The position numbers and the translations under genes are program-made. Below are positions 9,988 to 19,882 of a DNA stretch of 64,000 bases, piece by piece (position 1 is the stretch's first letter; every line of letters starts with the position of its first letter). The notes below the pieces were generated by a model. It was not told the origin of the DNA. It did not search any database and saw only the letters and a program-made list of their open reading frames with translations. The stretch lies in NCBI GenBank assembly GCA_963740085.1, contig CAVUCU010000001.1:704001-768000 (forward strand), read 5' to 3'. This DNA is from Nitrospirota bacterium (GTDB taxonomy: Bacteria; Nitrospirota; UBA9217).

Positions 9988-11643
9988 CTAACATACGTAA
10001 CTGATCTGCAGCCGGTCCGCGATCTCTTTGTCGTTCACGCCAAGGGCGTCGGACATGCCGATCGGAAGCTCCGTGCTCCTGCCGAGCGGCGCGAAGATCT
10101 TCTTGAGTTCCACATCCGCGGCCTTGAACACCTCAACGACCCGTTCAGCCACTTTGTCAGGGTCAAGGCGGCGATACAGCTTGGGGTCCTGTGTGGTAAT
10201 ACCGCGCGGGCACTTGCCGAGATTGCAGACGTTGCAGCGGTTGTACTCGTCGCCGAAACAGCCCGCCGCGGTCTGCATGATGTACTTGCCGATGTCCACC
10301 GCCGATGCGCCGAGCATGATGAGGGCTGCCGCATTCGCGGCAAGGTTGCCGCCCTTGCCCACGCCCCCCGCGGCGATGAGCGGAAGTTCGTTCTGTTTGC
10401 CCTGTTTCACGAGGTCCAGGTAGCAATCACGAATGTTCGACGCGATGGGATGTCCCATTTTGTCCAGGGACACGTTGTAGGCCGCGCCGGTGCCGCCGTC
10501 CTCGCCGTCAATGCAGAGCGCCGCGGCATAGGGGTTCCGGGCGAGATTGTTCAGCACGGCACGAGCCGTTTTCGTACCGGAAATTTTCGGATACACCGGC
10601 ACGCGAAATCCCCAGGCCATGGACATGGACTGGATCATCTTCGCGACCGCCTCTTCAATGGAGTACTTCGTCTGGTGCGTTGGCGGCGACGCAAGGTCAA
10701 CGAACTGCGGCACTCCGCGGATCTTCGCAATGAGGCCGAGCACTTTATACGCCTGAAGCAGGCCGCCGTCGCCGGGCTTCGCGCCCTGGCCGTATTTGAT
10801 CTCGATGGCCGCGGGGTCTTCGATCATGTCGGGCAGCGCGCGGATGATCTCGTCCCAGCCGAAGTAACCCGACGCGATCTGGAGGATGAAGTATTTCATG
10901 TAGCGGGACTTGAGAATGCTCGGCGGCATGCCGCCTTCTCCGGAGCACATGACCACCGGCAGGCCTTCGACCTCGTTCAGGTAAGTGATGCCCATGGCAA
11001 GGCCTTCCCACATGTGGGGGGAGAGGGCGCCGATGGACATGCTGCCGATGCGGATGGGGTAGATCTCGCGCACCGGCGGGATAAACGTGTGGTTGCTGAT
11101 CAGGAGATTGTCGCCTTCCACCCTGAGCGGAAGCTGCTCCGCGGGAAGGTTCCTGCCGAGAAGCGTCCTGATGCGGAACTCGTGCCTGCCCGCGTCAAGA
11201 GCCGGATCGGTAAGCATCGAGATGCGTGTGAATTTGAGCTTGTCCAGGGTCGATGTCGAAGGGTCGTTCCGACGTCCGCCGCGCATGAAGGGGATGCCGC
11301 CCTTGTTCCTGAAGTGGTAAAGCTTGTGCTGGAAGTTATATTCCGGAAAGATCGCGTCCGTGGGGCAGACAAGCGCGCAGGTGCCGCAGCCGATGCAGTA
11401 CCGATCGATATCCGTCACCTGACGCACCACCTGGGTCAGCCGGCGAGAGACCTTGGGTTCGGGGCTCGAACCTTCGGACGTTACCACCCGCTGGGTGTAG
11501 ACCGTGGCCTCGATGGACTTCATGGGGCAGACGGCCGTGCAGCGGCCGCAGCGGGTGCAGCGGTCCTCGCGCCACTGGACGATATAAGGAAGCTCTTTTA
11601 ACGAGAGCTGATGGTTCTGGTCTAACCGTGCAGCTGATTCCAT
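9988..11643 (-). CDS. Glutamate synthase FMN-binding subunit with N-terminal 2x[4Fe-4S]
   Basis: MSIGALS, SGEGG, QIASG, EIKYGQGAKPGDGG, DGEDGGTGA, C-terminal 3Fe-4S cysteines. Confidence 0.92.
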   Translation of the reverse strand: MESAARLDQNHQLSLKELPYIVQWREDRCTRCGRCTAVCPMKSIEATVYTQRVVTSEGSSPEPKVSRRLTQVVRQVTDIDRYCIGCGTCALVCPTDAIFPEYNFQHKLYHFRNKGGIPFMRGGRRNDPSTSTLDKLKFTRISMLTDPALDAGRHEFRIRTLLGRNLPAEQLPLRVEGDNLLISNHTFIPPVREIYPIRIGSMSIGALSPHMWEGLAMGITYLNEVEGLPVVMCSGEGGMPPSILKSRYMKYFILQIASGYFGWDEIIRALPDMIEDPAAIEIKYGQGAKPGDGGLLQAYKVLGLIAKIRGVPQFVDLASPPTHQTKYSIEEAVAKMIQSMSMAWGFRVPVYPKISGTKTARAVLNNLARNPYAAALCIDGEDGGTGAAYNVSLDKMGHPIASNIRDCYLDLVKQGKQNELPLIAAGGVGKGGNLAANAAALIMLGASAVDIGKYIMQTAAGCFGDEYNRCNVCNLGKCPRGITTQDPKLYRRLDPDKVAERVVEVFKAADVELKKIFAPLGRSTELPIGMSDALGVNDKEIADRLQISYVC

Positions 11644-11761
11644 ACCTGCACCTCCTGTGCTCCGGGCGCGATGATCACCATTAGCGAGAGCTGATAATCG
11701 TTATCTAACCGTGAAGCTGATTCCATACCTTAACCTCCCGCGCGCCGGGCGCGATGATCAC
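11598..11761. repeat. Diverged 83-bp tandem duplication spanning the gene junction
   Basis: 11598-11678 aligns without gaps to 11681-11761 (TCTAACCGTG.AGCTGATTCCATACCT..ACCTCC....CCGGGCGCGATGATCAC). Confidence 0.9.
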
Positions 11762-12814
11762 GGTGTCGTATTTCATGGGGAAGATGTCTTTCGATTCGTC
11801 CCGGTCAGGGATAGCGCTGTCCACGCCGCAGACCTCGGACATGAGCGCGTACTTGCCGGGTTTGCCGCCGACTGCACCGGGCCTGAGCTTCTTGGAGTCA
11901 TGCACCATGAAACACGTACCGTCGGGCGTGAACCCGATCACGCAGTTCGGGCCGTCGATGCAGAGCGGCCGGAGCGACTTCTTCAAGAGACGCAGCGGAG
12001 CTGCATCGGACCGTTTCTCGATCTCGGCGTCCTTCATCGGCGTTATGATGTCCTTGTAGTAATGGAGCGGATACCCGAGGGTCCTGTTCGTATAGTGCAG
12101 GATGTGGGTAAAGACCTCGGAATCGGAATTATACCCCATATAGCCCGGGTTGCCGCGTCCCATGAGGAACTCGCGGATCGGCACAAAGGCCGTGTTCTCG
12201 CCGTTCGTCATGGTGGCATATCCCTGGATAAAGAAGGGATGGCAGGCATAGAGGTAAATGGCATAATTCGTGTTCTGCCGCCCCTGGGCAAAGACGATCT
12301 TCGCCTTGATGCCGGACTTCTCGATGCCGAAGAACTCGCCGAGCTGGAGCGGATCGCCCACTTCCTTGAGGGTCAGCACGTCCGGATAGAAGGAGAATAC
12401 GAAGAGCGACCCGTCGGGTTCACCCATCAGCCTGAGCGCGATCCTCGTGCGCATGAGAATGTCTTCCTTCTCAAGCTGGGTCTTGTCCTTGTGCGCAGCG
12501 GGATAGTCGTAGACCTTCGCGATATAATGATCGCGGCGTTCGACGCCCTTCACGTTCTTGATCGGCGGCTCCCAGGAGAACTTCTCCGTAAAACCCTGCG
12601 CCTTCATATAGTCTTCGAGCATGATAAGGCCCTTATCCGAGCAGATCGCCGACATCGTGGGAAACTGCTTGTAACCGGCGAAGGGTCCGGCCATGTCCTT
12701 GAGCATGAGACCGAGGCCGGACCCGTCATGGCCTTCCTTCATGGTCTCAAGCGCATGGATGTTCTCCATGGGGGAGATATAGTCACTCGATGTGATCGCA
12801 CTCAAACGGCACAT
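11705..12814 (-). CDS. Class II glutamine amidotransferase subunit of glutamate synthase
   Basis: N-terminal MCRL (catalytic Cys), DGSG, CHPF, NGEN, SDSE, KLRP. Confidence 0.9.
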   Translation of the reverse strand: MCRLSAITSSDYISPMENIHALETMKEGHDGSGLGLMLKDMAGPFAGYKQFPTMSAICSDKGLIMLEDYMKAQGFTEKFSWEPPIKNVKGVERRDHYIAKVYDYPAAHKDKTQLEKEDILMRTRIALRLMGEPDGSLFVFSFYPDVLTLKEVGDPLQLGEFFGIEKSGIKAKIVFAQGRQNTNYAIYLYACHPFFIQGYATMTNGENTAFVPIREFLMGRGNPGYMGYNSDSEVFTHILHYTNRTLGYPLHYYKDIITPMKDAEIEKRSDAAPLRLLKKSLRPLCIDGPNCVIGFTPDGTCFMVHDSKKLRPGAVGGKPGKYALMSEVCGVDSAIPDRDESKDIFPMKYDTVIIAPGAREVKVWNQLHG

Positions 12815-13013
12815 GCTGTTGCTCCTGTCCCTTGATACATGCCTTGTATTTTTAGCTGCGCTGTTCTGGAAGGTCACGAGGGTGAAAAAAGTGCAGGGAA
12901 CATGGAGAATCTACGGGGAAATGGGTATGCTTCCGGTCTTCGCGTCTTGTTTTTCCCTTCTCCGTTTCACTCTTTTCCTTCACATCTTCCTGTCGTTCGT
13001 GGCGCTCGATGTT

Positions 13014-13040
13014 AAAAAAAGCCCCTCGTGAGGGGCTTTT
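13014..13040 (-). terminator. Intrinsic terminator upstream of the glutamate synthase operon
   Basis: GCCCCTC-AC-GAGGGGC-T7 on the minus strand. Confidence 0.75.
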
Positions 13041-13149
13041 GACTCTCCGGAATATTACTGAGACGAGGTACAATACACCCGATTGCGCACTGCTGTCAAG
13101 CCGAAATTTATGATTTGCCGATCCAGGAAAAGAAGGTTTCAGTATCATT

Positions 13150-15096
13150 TTAACTCATATCGCTGAGACGGGCTGGATCACTGATCGGCTCGTGACACAC
13201 TTCCCTTTTACACGGGATGACCCTGCCTTTGTCCTCGCCGTATACGATCGCAGTGTAGGAACGGCCGGCAAGGGCGCGGGCAGCCCGGGCGAGTTCCTGG
13301 TCGGGTTGCGCCTCAACAGTAAGTTTGAGCATGTTGAAATGCGCATCCAGGGCGCAGAAATACGCCCCTGCATGAACGCTCATCTCGCGGGCTGTCCCGG
13401 CAAAGAGTCGGAGCGATTGTTCCGCCTGCTGCTGGTACTCTTCCTTCCCGGTCATCAGGGCGAGTTTGAGCATGAGCAGGACCGCCAGCGCGTTGGCCGA
13501 GGTATGAGGAATATCCTCGATCTTCTTGAGCCGCGTTCCCAGGACTTCTCGATCGGTGTCAAAAAATCCGCCCTCTTTTTTGTCTTGGAACTTTTCCAGA
13601 CAGACCGTCATGAGTTCGTCCGCCATGGCAAGATACCGTTGTTGTGCAGTGGCCTCATAACCCGCGATCAAAGCGTCGATAAGAAAAACATAATCATCGA
13701 GCACGGCCGGGATATTCTCCGCGTGCAAAAGGGCCCCATCCACAAGACGCTCTGCGAGGACACGTTCGAGGCTCTTCACCCCGAACGCCCTGACCTCCCC
13801 ATCACCCAGCACGGCAAAGGCATGGAACCAGGCGCTGATGAGCATGCCGTTCAGCGACGTGTAGAGGGTCTTGTCGATAAAAGGCGTCTCGCGCCGTGTC
13901 CGCACCGCGAGCAGTTTTCCCTTGCCGTCCTGAATTATCCGCTGAATGTCCTCGGCGTTCCTGCCAAGCCCTGTGGCGATCTCCCGCGGGGACCGCGTCG
14001 CGAACAGCACCTTCCTTGCCGGATCGTGGTGCATACTTCCTTCTTCGTGCAGCAGATAGGAAGAGAGCACCGCGTACTCGTCAGGGTCAAGCGCCTTCCT
14101 GAACTCGTCTTCCGTCCAGGTGAAATAGCCGCCCTCGTCATCGGGCGTCACGTCCGCGTCCTGGCTCGCAAAGAACCCGCCCAGGGGATCTGATAAAACC
14201 TCTCTGGTAAACGCGATAATGCCCCGCGCCACTTCGAGAAAACGCTCATCTCTGAATACCGAATAACCGTCCACATAGTTCCTGAGAAGCCCCGCGTTGT
14301 CGTCCGCCATCTTCTCGAAGTGAGGTACGCGCCACGCCTCATCCACGGAATAGCGATGGAACCCGCCTCCCAGATGATCGTGAAAACCGCCCGCTGCCAT
14401 GGCTTCGAGCGTTCTCCGTGCAGCATCGCCGGCGGATGTGCCCGCATTTGTCGCAGCCCGGTGCAGAAGAAACTCCAGCGCTCCGGGCATCGGGAATTTG
14501 GGTGCTGTGCCAAACCCGCCGTTCCGCGCATCCCAGACCGCAAGCATGGACGTTTCCGCCCCGTCGATCATTACTTCGTTGAGATCGGACGGAGACAGCG
14601 CATCGGGCTTGAGCGCCTCCATGACCCTCCGGGAATAGTCTTTAAGATCTTCACGTTTTGTTTTGTAAAAATTGTTCACTGATCTGAGCACGTTCTTGAA
14701 CCCCGGCCTGCCCTGCCAATCCTCCGGCGGGAAATAGGTGCCGCCGTAGAAAGGCTGCTTGTCCGGTGTCAGGAAGACCGAGAGCGGCCAACCGCCTGCA
14801 CCGCCCATTGCCGCGACCGCCTGCTGATACCGGCGGTCGATGTCGGGCCGCTCGTCGCGGTCAAGTTTGATCGCGATGAAATGTTCGTTTAAGATTCGGG
14901 CCGTCTCCTCGTCCTCGAAGGACTCCTTGGCCATCACATGGCACCAGTGGCACCAGACCGCGCCCGTGCTCAGGAACACCGGTTTATCCTCGAGACGGGC
15001 ATGTTCGAAGGCCTCCTCGGACCACGGCCGCCAGTCGATCTTCTGGTTGGCCGCGTGTTTGAGGTAGGCTGATTTTTCTTTCGAGAGTCTGTTCAT
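13150..15096 (-). CDS. Thioredoxin domain-containing protein (YyaL/DUF255 family)
   Basis: MNRL..EKSAYL, WCHWCHVMAKESF, DRDERPDID, GGWPL, PKFP, VPHFEKM. Confidence 0.93.
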   Translation of the reverse strand: MNRLSKEKSAYLKHAANQKIDWRPWSEEAFEHARLEDKPVFLSTGAVWCHWCHVMAKESFEDEETARILNEHFIAIKLDRDERPDIDRRYQQAVAAMGGAGGWPLSVFLTPDKQPFYGGTYFPPEDWQGRPGFKNVLRSVNNFYKTKREDLKDYSRRVMEALKPDALSPSDLNEVMIDGAETSMLAVWDARNGGFGTAPKFPMPGALEFLLHRAATNAGTSAGDAARRTLEAMAAGGFHDHLGGGFHRYSVDEAWRVPHFEKMADDNAGLLRNYVDGYSVFRDERFLEVARGIIAFTREVLSDPLGGFFASQDADVTPDDEGGYFTWTEDEFRKALDPDEYAVLSSYLLHEEGSMHHDPARKVLFATRSPREIATGLGRNAEDIQRIIQDGKGKLLAVRTRRETPFIDKTLYTSLNGMLISAWFHAFAVLGDGEVRAFGVKSLERVLAERLVDGALLHAENIPAVLDDYVFLIDALIAGYEATAQQRYLAMADELMTVCLEKFQDKKEGGFFDTDREVLGTRLKKIEDIPHTSANALAVLLMLKLALMTGKEEYQQQAEQSLRLFAGTAREMSVHAGAYFCALDAHFNMLKLTVEAQPDQELARAARALAGRSYTAIVYGEDKGRVIPCKREVCHEPISDPARLSDMS

Positions 15097-15110
15097 AGTC
15101 GGGAACATCC

Positions 15111-15247
15111 ACCACGGAGGCACAGAGACACAGAAAAAAAATGGAGCGTTGGAAGTTGAGACGATATGAAAAGAAGAAAATACACCAATGTGTCTCGCAT
15201 TAACCCCCCAGCATCTTGAAACCTCCGCGCCTCCGTGTTTCCGCGGT
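15111..15247. repeat. Intergenic palindrome with ~8-mer repeat arms
   Basis: ACCACGGAGGCACAGAGACACAGA ... CTCCGCGCCTCCGTGTTTCCGCGGT. Confidence 0.75.
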
Positions 15248-15262
15248 AATCAGGCATCTGTT

Positions 15263-15709
15263 TCAAAACGTCCCCGGGTCCTCCGGCGGAAGTGCTTCCT
15301 CGTCAAAAGGCATCACGCCCAATTGGGTCATCACCGATTCGATCTCCGCGAGCAATTCATGGTAATCAAAATCGGGCATTTCCTCGTACAAAGCCTTCTC
15401 GGTCAGCCGATCGAATGCATTAAAATCGAGTTTCCCGTCAAGTACCTGCGACCGAACAAGCAACTTGTATACTATCGCGTCATTATTCGGGTCCTCGCCT
15501 TCCTCTCTGTCAAGCTTCCCTCTTTTTTCCGGGTCGTCAACGTAAGACCGCATAGCGGCCTCAAGGGCGTCATAGAGCGTTACGATGCCGGCGGATATTT
15601 TCCCCTGCCGCAGCCGTCTCTTCCCGCCACGGATGTGGAGCCGTGCGCGCTGCAGCGGTCCTTCTACCGGTCCGAGGGTCTTTTCATCCATCAATCCTGC
15701 ATGGGGCAT
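15263..15709 (-). CDS. Hypothetical protein (possible HEPN-like helical fold)
   Basis: Host-like codon usage and GAGG SD; the fold call is weak. Confidence 0.7.
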   Translation of the reverse strand: MPHAGLMDEKTLGPVEGPLQRARLHIRGGKRRLRQGKISAGIVTLYDALEAAMRSYVDDPEKRGKLDREEGEDPNNDAIVYKLLVRSQVLDGKLDFNAFDRLTEKALYEEMPDFDYHELLAEIESVMTQLGVMPFDEEALPPEDPGTF

Positions 15710-15756
15710 GTCGAACCACCTCAATGATGCATCTCAGATTCCAATCTTGACGATTA

Positions 15757-17079
15757 TCAGGGCGCGGGGAACAGGTCGGGGTCACTAAAAAACCTGAAGC
15801 CGCCTTTTCCGCTTTGCTTGATCTTGTACATTGCCGCATCGGCCTTGTTCACCAGCGTTTCCGCGTCGTCGCCGTCAAGAGGGTAGATGCTGATGCCGAC
15901 GCTCACCCCCATGGCCAGCTCAAGGCCTTTCATCCGGAACGGCCTGGCCAGGGCCGCGATGATCTTATTGGTGACCACGACCGCGTCCCCGGGGGCGGCG
16001 ATCGGCGCGCAGATGCCGATGAACTCATCGCCGCCCATGCGCGCGACCGTATCCGAACTCCGCATGCACGACGTCATCCTTTTCGAAGCCTCGACGAGCA
16101 CCAGGTCGCCCACCTCGTGGCCGAAGGTATCGTTAATGTGCTTGAAATTGTCCAGGTCCATGTACAGGAGCGCCAGCACATACTGGTTGCGTCTCGCGAG
16201 CGCCAGGAGCTGGTTCATGCGGTCGAAGAACAGCATACGGTTCGGCAGTCCGGTGAGCGTATCGTAGAGCGCCAGGCGCTCGAGCCGCTGCTCCACCTGT
16301 TTCCGCTCGGTGATGTCCTTGAAAAGCCTTTGCACCGCGTGCTTCCCCTCGTATACGAATTTGACGCCGGCAACCTCCACATCGATCACTCCGCCGTCAA
16401 GCCGTACATACTTCTCCTCCATCCACGGCACCATGTCTGCGCTCTTCTCCAATTGCTCCGTCCGCGACTTTGCCATATCCTTGAAATCGGGGTGCACGAC
16501 ATCCATCGCGGACATGCCGATGATCTGGTCCGGATGCTCTGCCCCAAGCATGCGCGCCCCGGTCGGATTGATGAACACGAACTTTCCCTCAGCGTGGATT
16601 GAAATACCGTCCGGCGACAGCTCGACCAGCTTTCGATACCGCTCTTCGCTTTCCCGGATCGCATCTTCCATGCGTCGACGCTCGTTGATCAGCTGCTGCT
16701 TGGAGAAGACCCGGTTAATGACCGCCGGCAGGAGCTCGAGGTATCTCATCTCAACGTCCTTCACGATATAGTCGGACGCCCCGAGCTTGAGTGCCTCGAC
16801 TGCCGCGGATTCATTCCCTTCGCCGGTCAACATGATGACGGGTACCGGCATGCCTTTTGACGACAGCCCGCGAAGGACATCGAGCCCACCGAGGAACGGC
16901 AGGTCGTAATCCACAAGGAGAACATCGTATTGTCCCGCATCGAGCATCTTGAGTCCCTTTTCTCCGTCCGCGGCAAGATCAACACTGTAACCCCGGCGTT
17001 CGAGGTGTTTCTTCAGGAGCAGAGAAAGGCCGGGGTCGTCTTCCATAGAGAGAACGCGGGTGAGCCTGGCTTCAGACAT
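15757..17079 (-). CDS. Diguanylate cyclase (REC-PAS-GGDEF)
   Basis: MEDD..DYDLP receiver, PAS (VHPD), DTLTGLPNR, ARMGGDEF. Confidence 0.93.
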   Translation of the reverse strand: MSEARLTRVLSMEDDPGLSLLLKKHLERRGYSVDLAADGEKGLKMLDAGQYDVLLVDYDLPFLGGLDVLRGLSSKGMPVPVIMLTGEGNESAAVEALKLGASDYIVKDVEMRYLELLPAVINRVFSKQQLINERRRMEDAIRESEERYRKLVELSPDGISIHAEGKFVFINPTGARMLGAEHPDQIIGMSAMDVVHPDFKDMAKSRTEQLEKSADMVPWMEEKYVRLDGGVIDVEVAGVKFVYEGKHAVQRLFKDITERKQVEQRLERLALYDTLTGLPNRMLFFDRMNQLLALARRNQYVLALLYMDLDNFKHINDTFGHEVGDLVLVEASKRMTSCMRSSDTVARMGGDEFIGICAPIAAPGDAVVVTNKIIAALARPFRMKGLELAMGVSVGISIYPLDGDDAETLVNKADAAMYKIKQSGKGGFRFFSDPDLFPAP

Positions 17080-17319
17080 TAGATCTTCTCCTTGTCCGGG
17101 AACTTGATGCCCGGGCGGAATGACCACGGCAGCCGGATGGCGATTGAGGACAGCTCGTACTCGATCGATTTTGATTCAACGGAGAAAAGCCGGCGTGCGA
17201 ACGATGAGAACCACAACACGTGAATATTGAAATACAATTATACCAAAACAAAGAGAATGGCAAAGAAAAATAATTGATAACGCCAGGGGATATTGTGGAG
17301 GAAGATGCTCTGTTCTTTT

Positions 17320-18603
17320 TTAGGGCGACCACGCCGGCGACGTGTAGTTCGCGTCGTTCGGCGTGATCCGCTCGAGGTCCGTACCGTCGGCATTCATGAT
17401 GTAAAGGTTTGACTTGCCTTCGCGGTTCGAGCTGAACAAGATCTGTCTGCCCGAGGGCGACCACGTGGGGTTCTCATCGCTCCCCCGACCGCTCGTGAGG
17501 AGATGCATGTCCGACCCGTCCGGGTTCATTGTCGCGATCTTGAAGAGCCCCTTGATCTGAGAGGCGAATACGATCCGGTCTCCCCGCGACGACCAGTTGG
17601 GCGAGGCGTTGTACGGTCCTTCGAAGCTGATCCGGCGCACATCGGTCCCGTCGGTGCTCATGATGTAAAGCTGTGGTGACCCCGCCCTGCCCGAGGTGAA
17701 CACGATCTCCCTTCCGTTCGGCGACCAGGCGGGAGAAACATTATCAGAACCCCCGTAGGTAAGCCGCTCAAGGTCACCCCCTGTCCTGTTCATGGTATAG
17801 ATCTGGGTGCCGCCGTCCTTGCTCATGGCCAGGGCCAGGCGTTTCCCGTTCGGTGACCAGGCAGGAGAGATGTTCAGCCCCTCATTTCCCGCTATCTTCC
17901 ATCGTTTGCCCGTCTCCATGTCAAGCCCGAAGAGGTCGGGATTCCTGTCTCTGTACGAAACGTAGGCGAGCATTTTGCCGTCGGGGCTCCAGGCGGGGGA
18001 CAGGCATATGGAGCGGTCCGCGGTGATCCTCATTGCGTTCTGGCCGTCGTAGTCCATGACGTAGAGCTCTTTGGAGCGGGTCTTGTCCGAGACGTAGGCG
18101 ATTCGCGTCCGCGCAATTCCCTTCTCGCCCGTGTACCGCGATACGATCTCGTCGGCAAAGGTATGAACCATGCGCCGGAACGTTACTTCATTGCCGAAAT
18201 AATCCTTGTTTGTGATCCGCATTCCCGATGCCGCATCATACAGCTTGCCGGAAAGCACAAGGTCCTTGTCCTTTCTCTGGATCCTGGCCCACACCACGCC
18301 GGTAAGACCGAAGGTACCGCCGCGCTTGACCAGGTCCGATGCCGGCTCACTATTCCCGGTGGTCCTGAGGTCCAGTTTTTTCGGGTCCATGACGTCGAAG
18401 ATCTGGGAGCGTCGCAGGTCCGCTTGCAGGACCTCGAGCGCCATGGCGCGGAGCTTCGAAGATCCTGTTTCATCATAGATATCAAGCACGACGATGGGGA
18501 TCTTTTTCGCTTCGCCGCGGATCGCGCCGAGGTAATATTGGGCGGCCGCGGGGATTGCGGTCAGAAGAAAAAGGAGCATGATGAACAGAATGCGTTTTTT
18601 CAT
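17320..18603 (-). CDS. tolB: Tol-Pal beta-propeller protein TolB
   Basis: Signal peptide, HTFADEI, TRIAYVS, repeated SPAWSP(D/N)G; follows tolQRA. Confidence 0.93.
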   Translation of the reverse strand: MKKRILFIMLLFLLTAIPAAAQYYLGAIRGEAKKIPIVVLDIYDETGSSKLRAMALEVLQADLRRSQIFDVMDPKKLDLRTTGNSEPASDLVKRGGTFGLTGVVWARIQRKDKDLVLSGKLYDAASGMRITNKDYFGNEVTFRRMVHTFADEIVSRYTGEKGIARTRIAYVSDKTRSKELYVMDYDGQNAMRITADRSICLSPAWSPDGKMLAYVSYRDRNPDLFGLDMETGKRWKIAGNEGLNISPAWSPNGKRLALAMSKDGGTQIYTMNRTGGDLERLTYGGSDNVSPAWSPNGREIVFTSGRAGSPQLYIMSTDGTDVRRISFEGPYNASPNWSSRGDRIVFASQIKGLFKIATMNPDGSDMHLLTSGRGSDENPTWSPSGRQILFSSNREGKSNLYIMNADGTDLERITPNDANYTSPAWSP

Positions 18604-18683
18604 GATTTTCTCTGGTCGGGATTCAGGAACGCTGCGCTGGACTCCTGGTTCCTGAACCCTTTACCGGTACCCTCTCTTGTTAC

Positions 18684-19466
18684 TCAATCTGCCGGAATCA
18701 AATCCACGGTGAACTCTAACGACGATTGAAAAAACTCGTCCGAAAAATGAGGAAATGGGTTTGATGCATATATTGCGCGCACCGCAGCCTGCTCGAAGGT
18801 GGCTGAACAGTTCGAATGTTCTTTATCCAAATGAACAAATGTTACTAAACCCGACCGGTTGATTTTAAATATGACCCTCGCTTTCGCATCTTTACTGTCC
18901 GGCGGAGGGTTCCAGTTTTGCCCTATCCGATTGCTGACAACGTCAATATACCAGGAATATTTAGAATCTTTAAAATCTTGTTGTGGTGTGATGCTGCCAA
19001 CACCTTCGCTTTTCTTTCCCGTTGCCGCAGGTCCAGCGGCGGGGGCAGCAGGAACGGCGGCAGATCTCTGAGGCGTTGTCTCATTGTTTTTTTTCTCTTC
19101 CAACGGCACCGGTGTCTTTTTCTGCCGGGTAAGGTCAGGCAAACTGTCTTTTTTTGGGGCAACCTTTTTAGGCGCCACGACCGACTTTTTCACCTTCGGA
19201 GACGGCTTGGCCGTTTCCGGCATTGCCTCCTTCTTCGGGGGTGCCGGTGCGGGTGCGGCAGCGGGTGTCGGTGTCGGTACGGATTCCTTCGGCTGCCCCA
19301 CCAGTTTCACCTGATAAGCCGGTGGAAGTACTGCTTTCGGGGTCACCTCGAAGTGCAGAAAGAGGGCGGTCGCCACAATGGCGGCATGCAGAAAAAAGGA
19401 ATAGAAGACCGCAAGTGCAAGCGCATATTCCGACTTCTCAGGCCTCTTCCTTGAAAGCAACATCAT
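18684..19466 (-). CDS. tolA: TolA/TonB-family energy transducer
   Basis: SFFLH transmembrane motif, Pro/Lys-rich linker, C-terminal NWNPP domain. Confidence 0.8.
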   Translation of the reverse strand: MMLLSRKRPEKSEYALALAVFYSFFLHAAIVATALFLHFEVTPKAVLPPAYQVKLVGQPKESVPTPTPAAAPAPAPPKKEAMPETAKPSPKVKKSVVAPKKVAPKKDSLPDLTRQKKTPVPLEEKKNNETTPQRSAAVPAAPAAGPAATGKKSEGVGSITPQQDFKDSKYSWYIDVVSNRIGQNWNPPPDSKDAKARVIFKINRSGLVTFVHLDKEHSNCSATFEQAAVRAIYASNPFPHFSDEFFQSSLEFTVDLIPAD

Positions 19467-19882
19467 CGAGTGGGCTCACCCCCGGGGGCGGCTTCAGTTA
19501 CCATGCCAAGACGGTCGATCCCCGCGCGTTTTACAATGTCCATCACCCGCACCACTGCGCCGTAGGGAGCGTCCTTATCGGCGCGAAGATACACATTGAT
19601 GAGCGGCTTGGACTTGCGGATGGAATTGAGCACATCCGGAAGCTTCGAAATATCCACCCGTTCCTGCTCCACGAACAGCGCCTGAGCACGGGTGACCGTC
19701 AGCACGACCCGGTCCTCTTGCTTCACTGTATTGGCCTCGGATTTGGGCAGGTTCACGTCCAATCCACGGCTCATCATCGGCGAGATGATCATATAAAAAA
19801 AGAGCACCACGAGCAGCACGTCGATGAGCGGCACGAGATTGATCTCGCGCATAAGATGCCGTTCCCGTCGTTCGAAGCTCAT
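19463..19882 (-). CDS. tolR: TolR/ExbD
   Basis: EINLVPLIDVLLVVL, VNLP, LRADKDAPYG. Confidence 0.9.
   Translation of the reverse strand: MSFERRERHLMREINLVPLIDVLLVVLFFYMIISPMMSRGLDVNLPKSEANTVKQEDRVVLTVTRAQALFVEQERVDISKLPDVLNSIRKSKPLINVYLRADKDAPYGAVVRVMDIVKRAGIDRLGMVTEAAPGGEPTR

Noticed and set aside
7562-12814. Split glutamate synthase as a novel system
   Set aside because: Multi-gene archaeal-type glutamate synthases are already known in anaerobic bacteria
12852-13148. 98-aa ORF upstream of the glutamate synthase operon
   Set aside because: Runs through a terminator and promoter-like sequence; no motifs or SD
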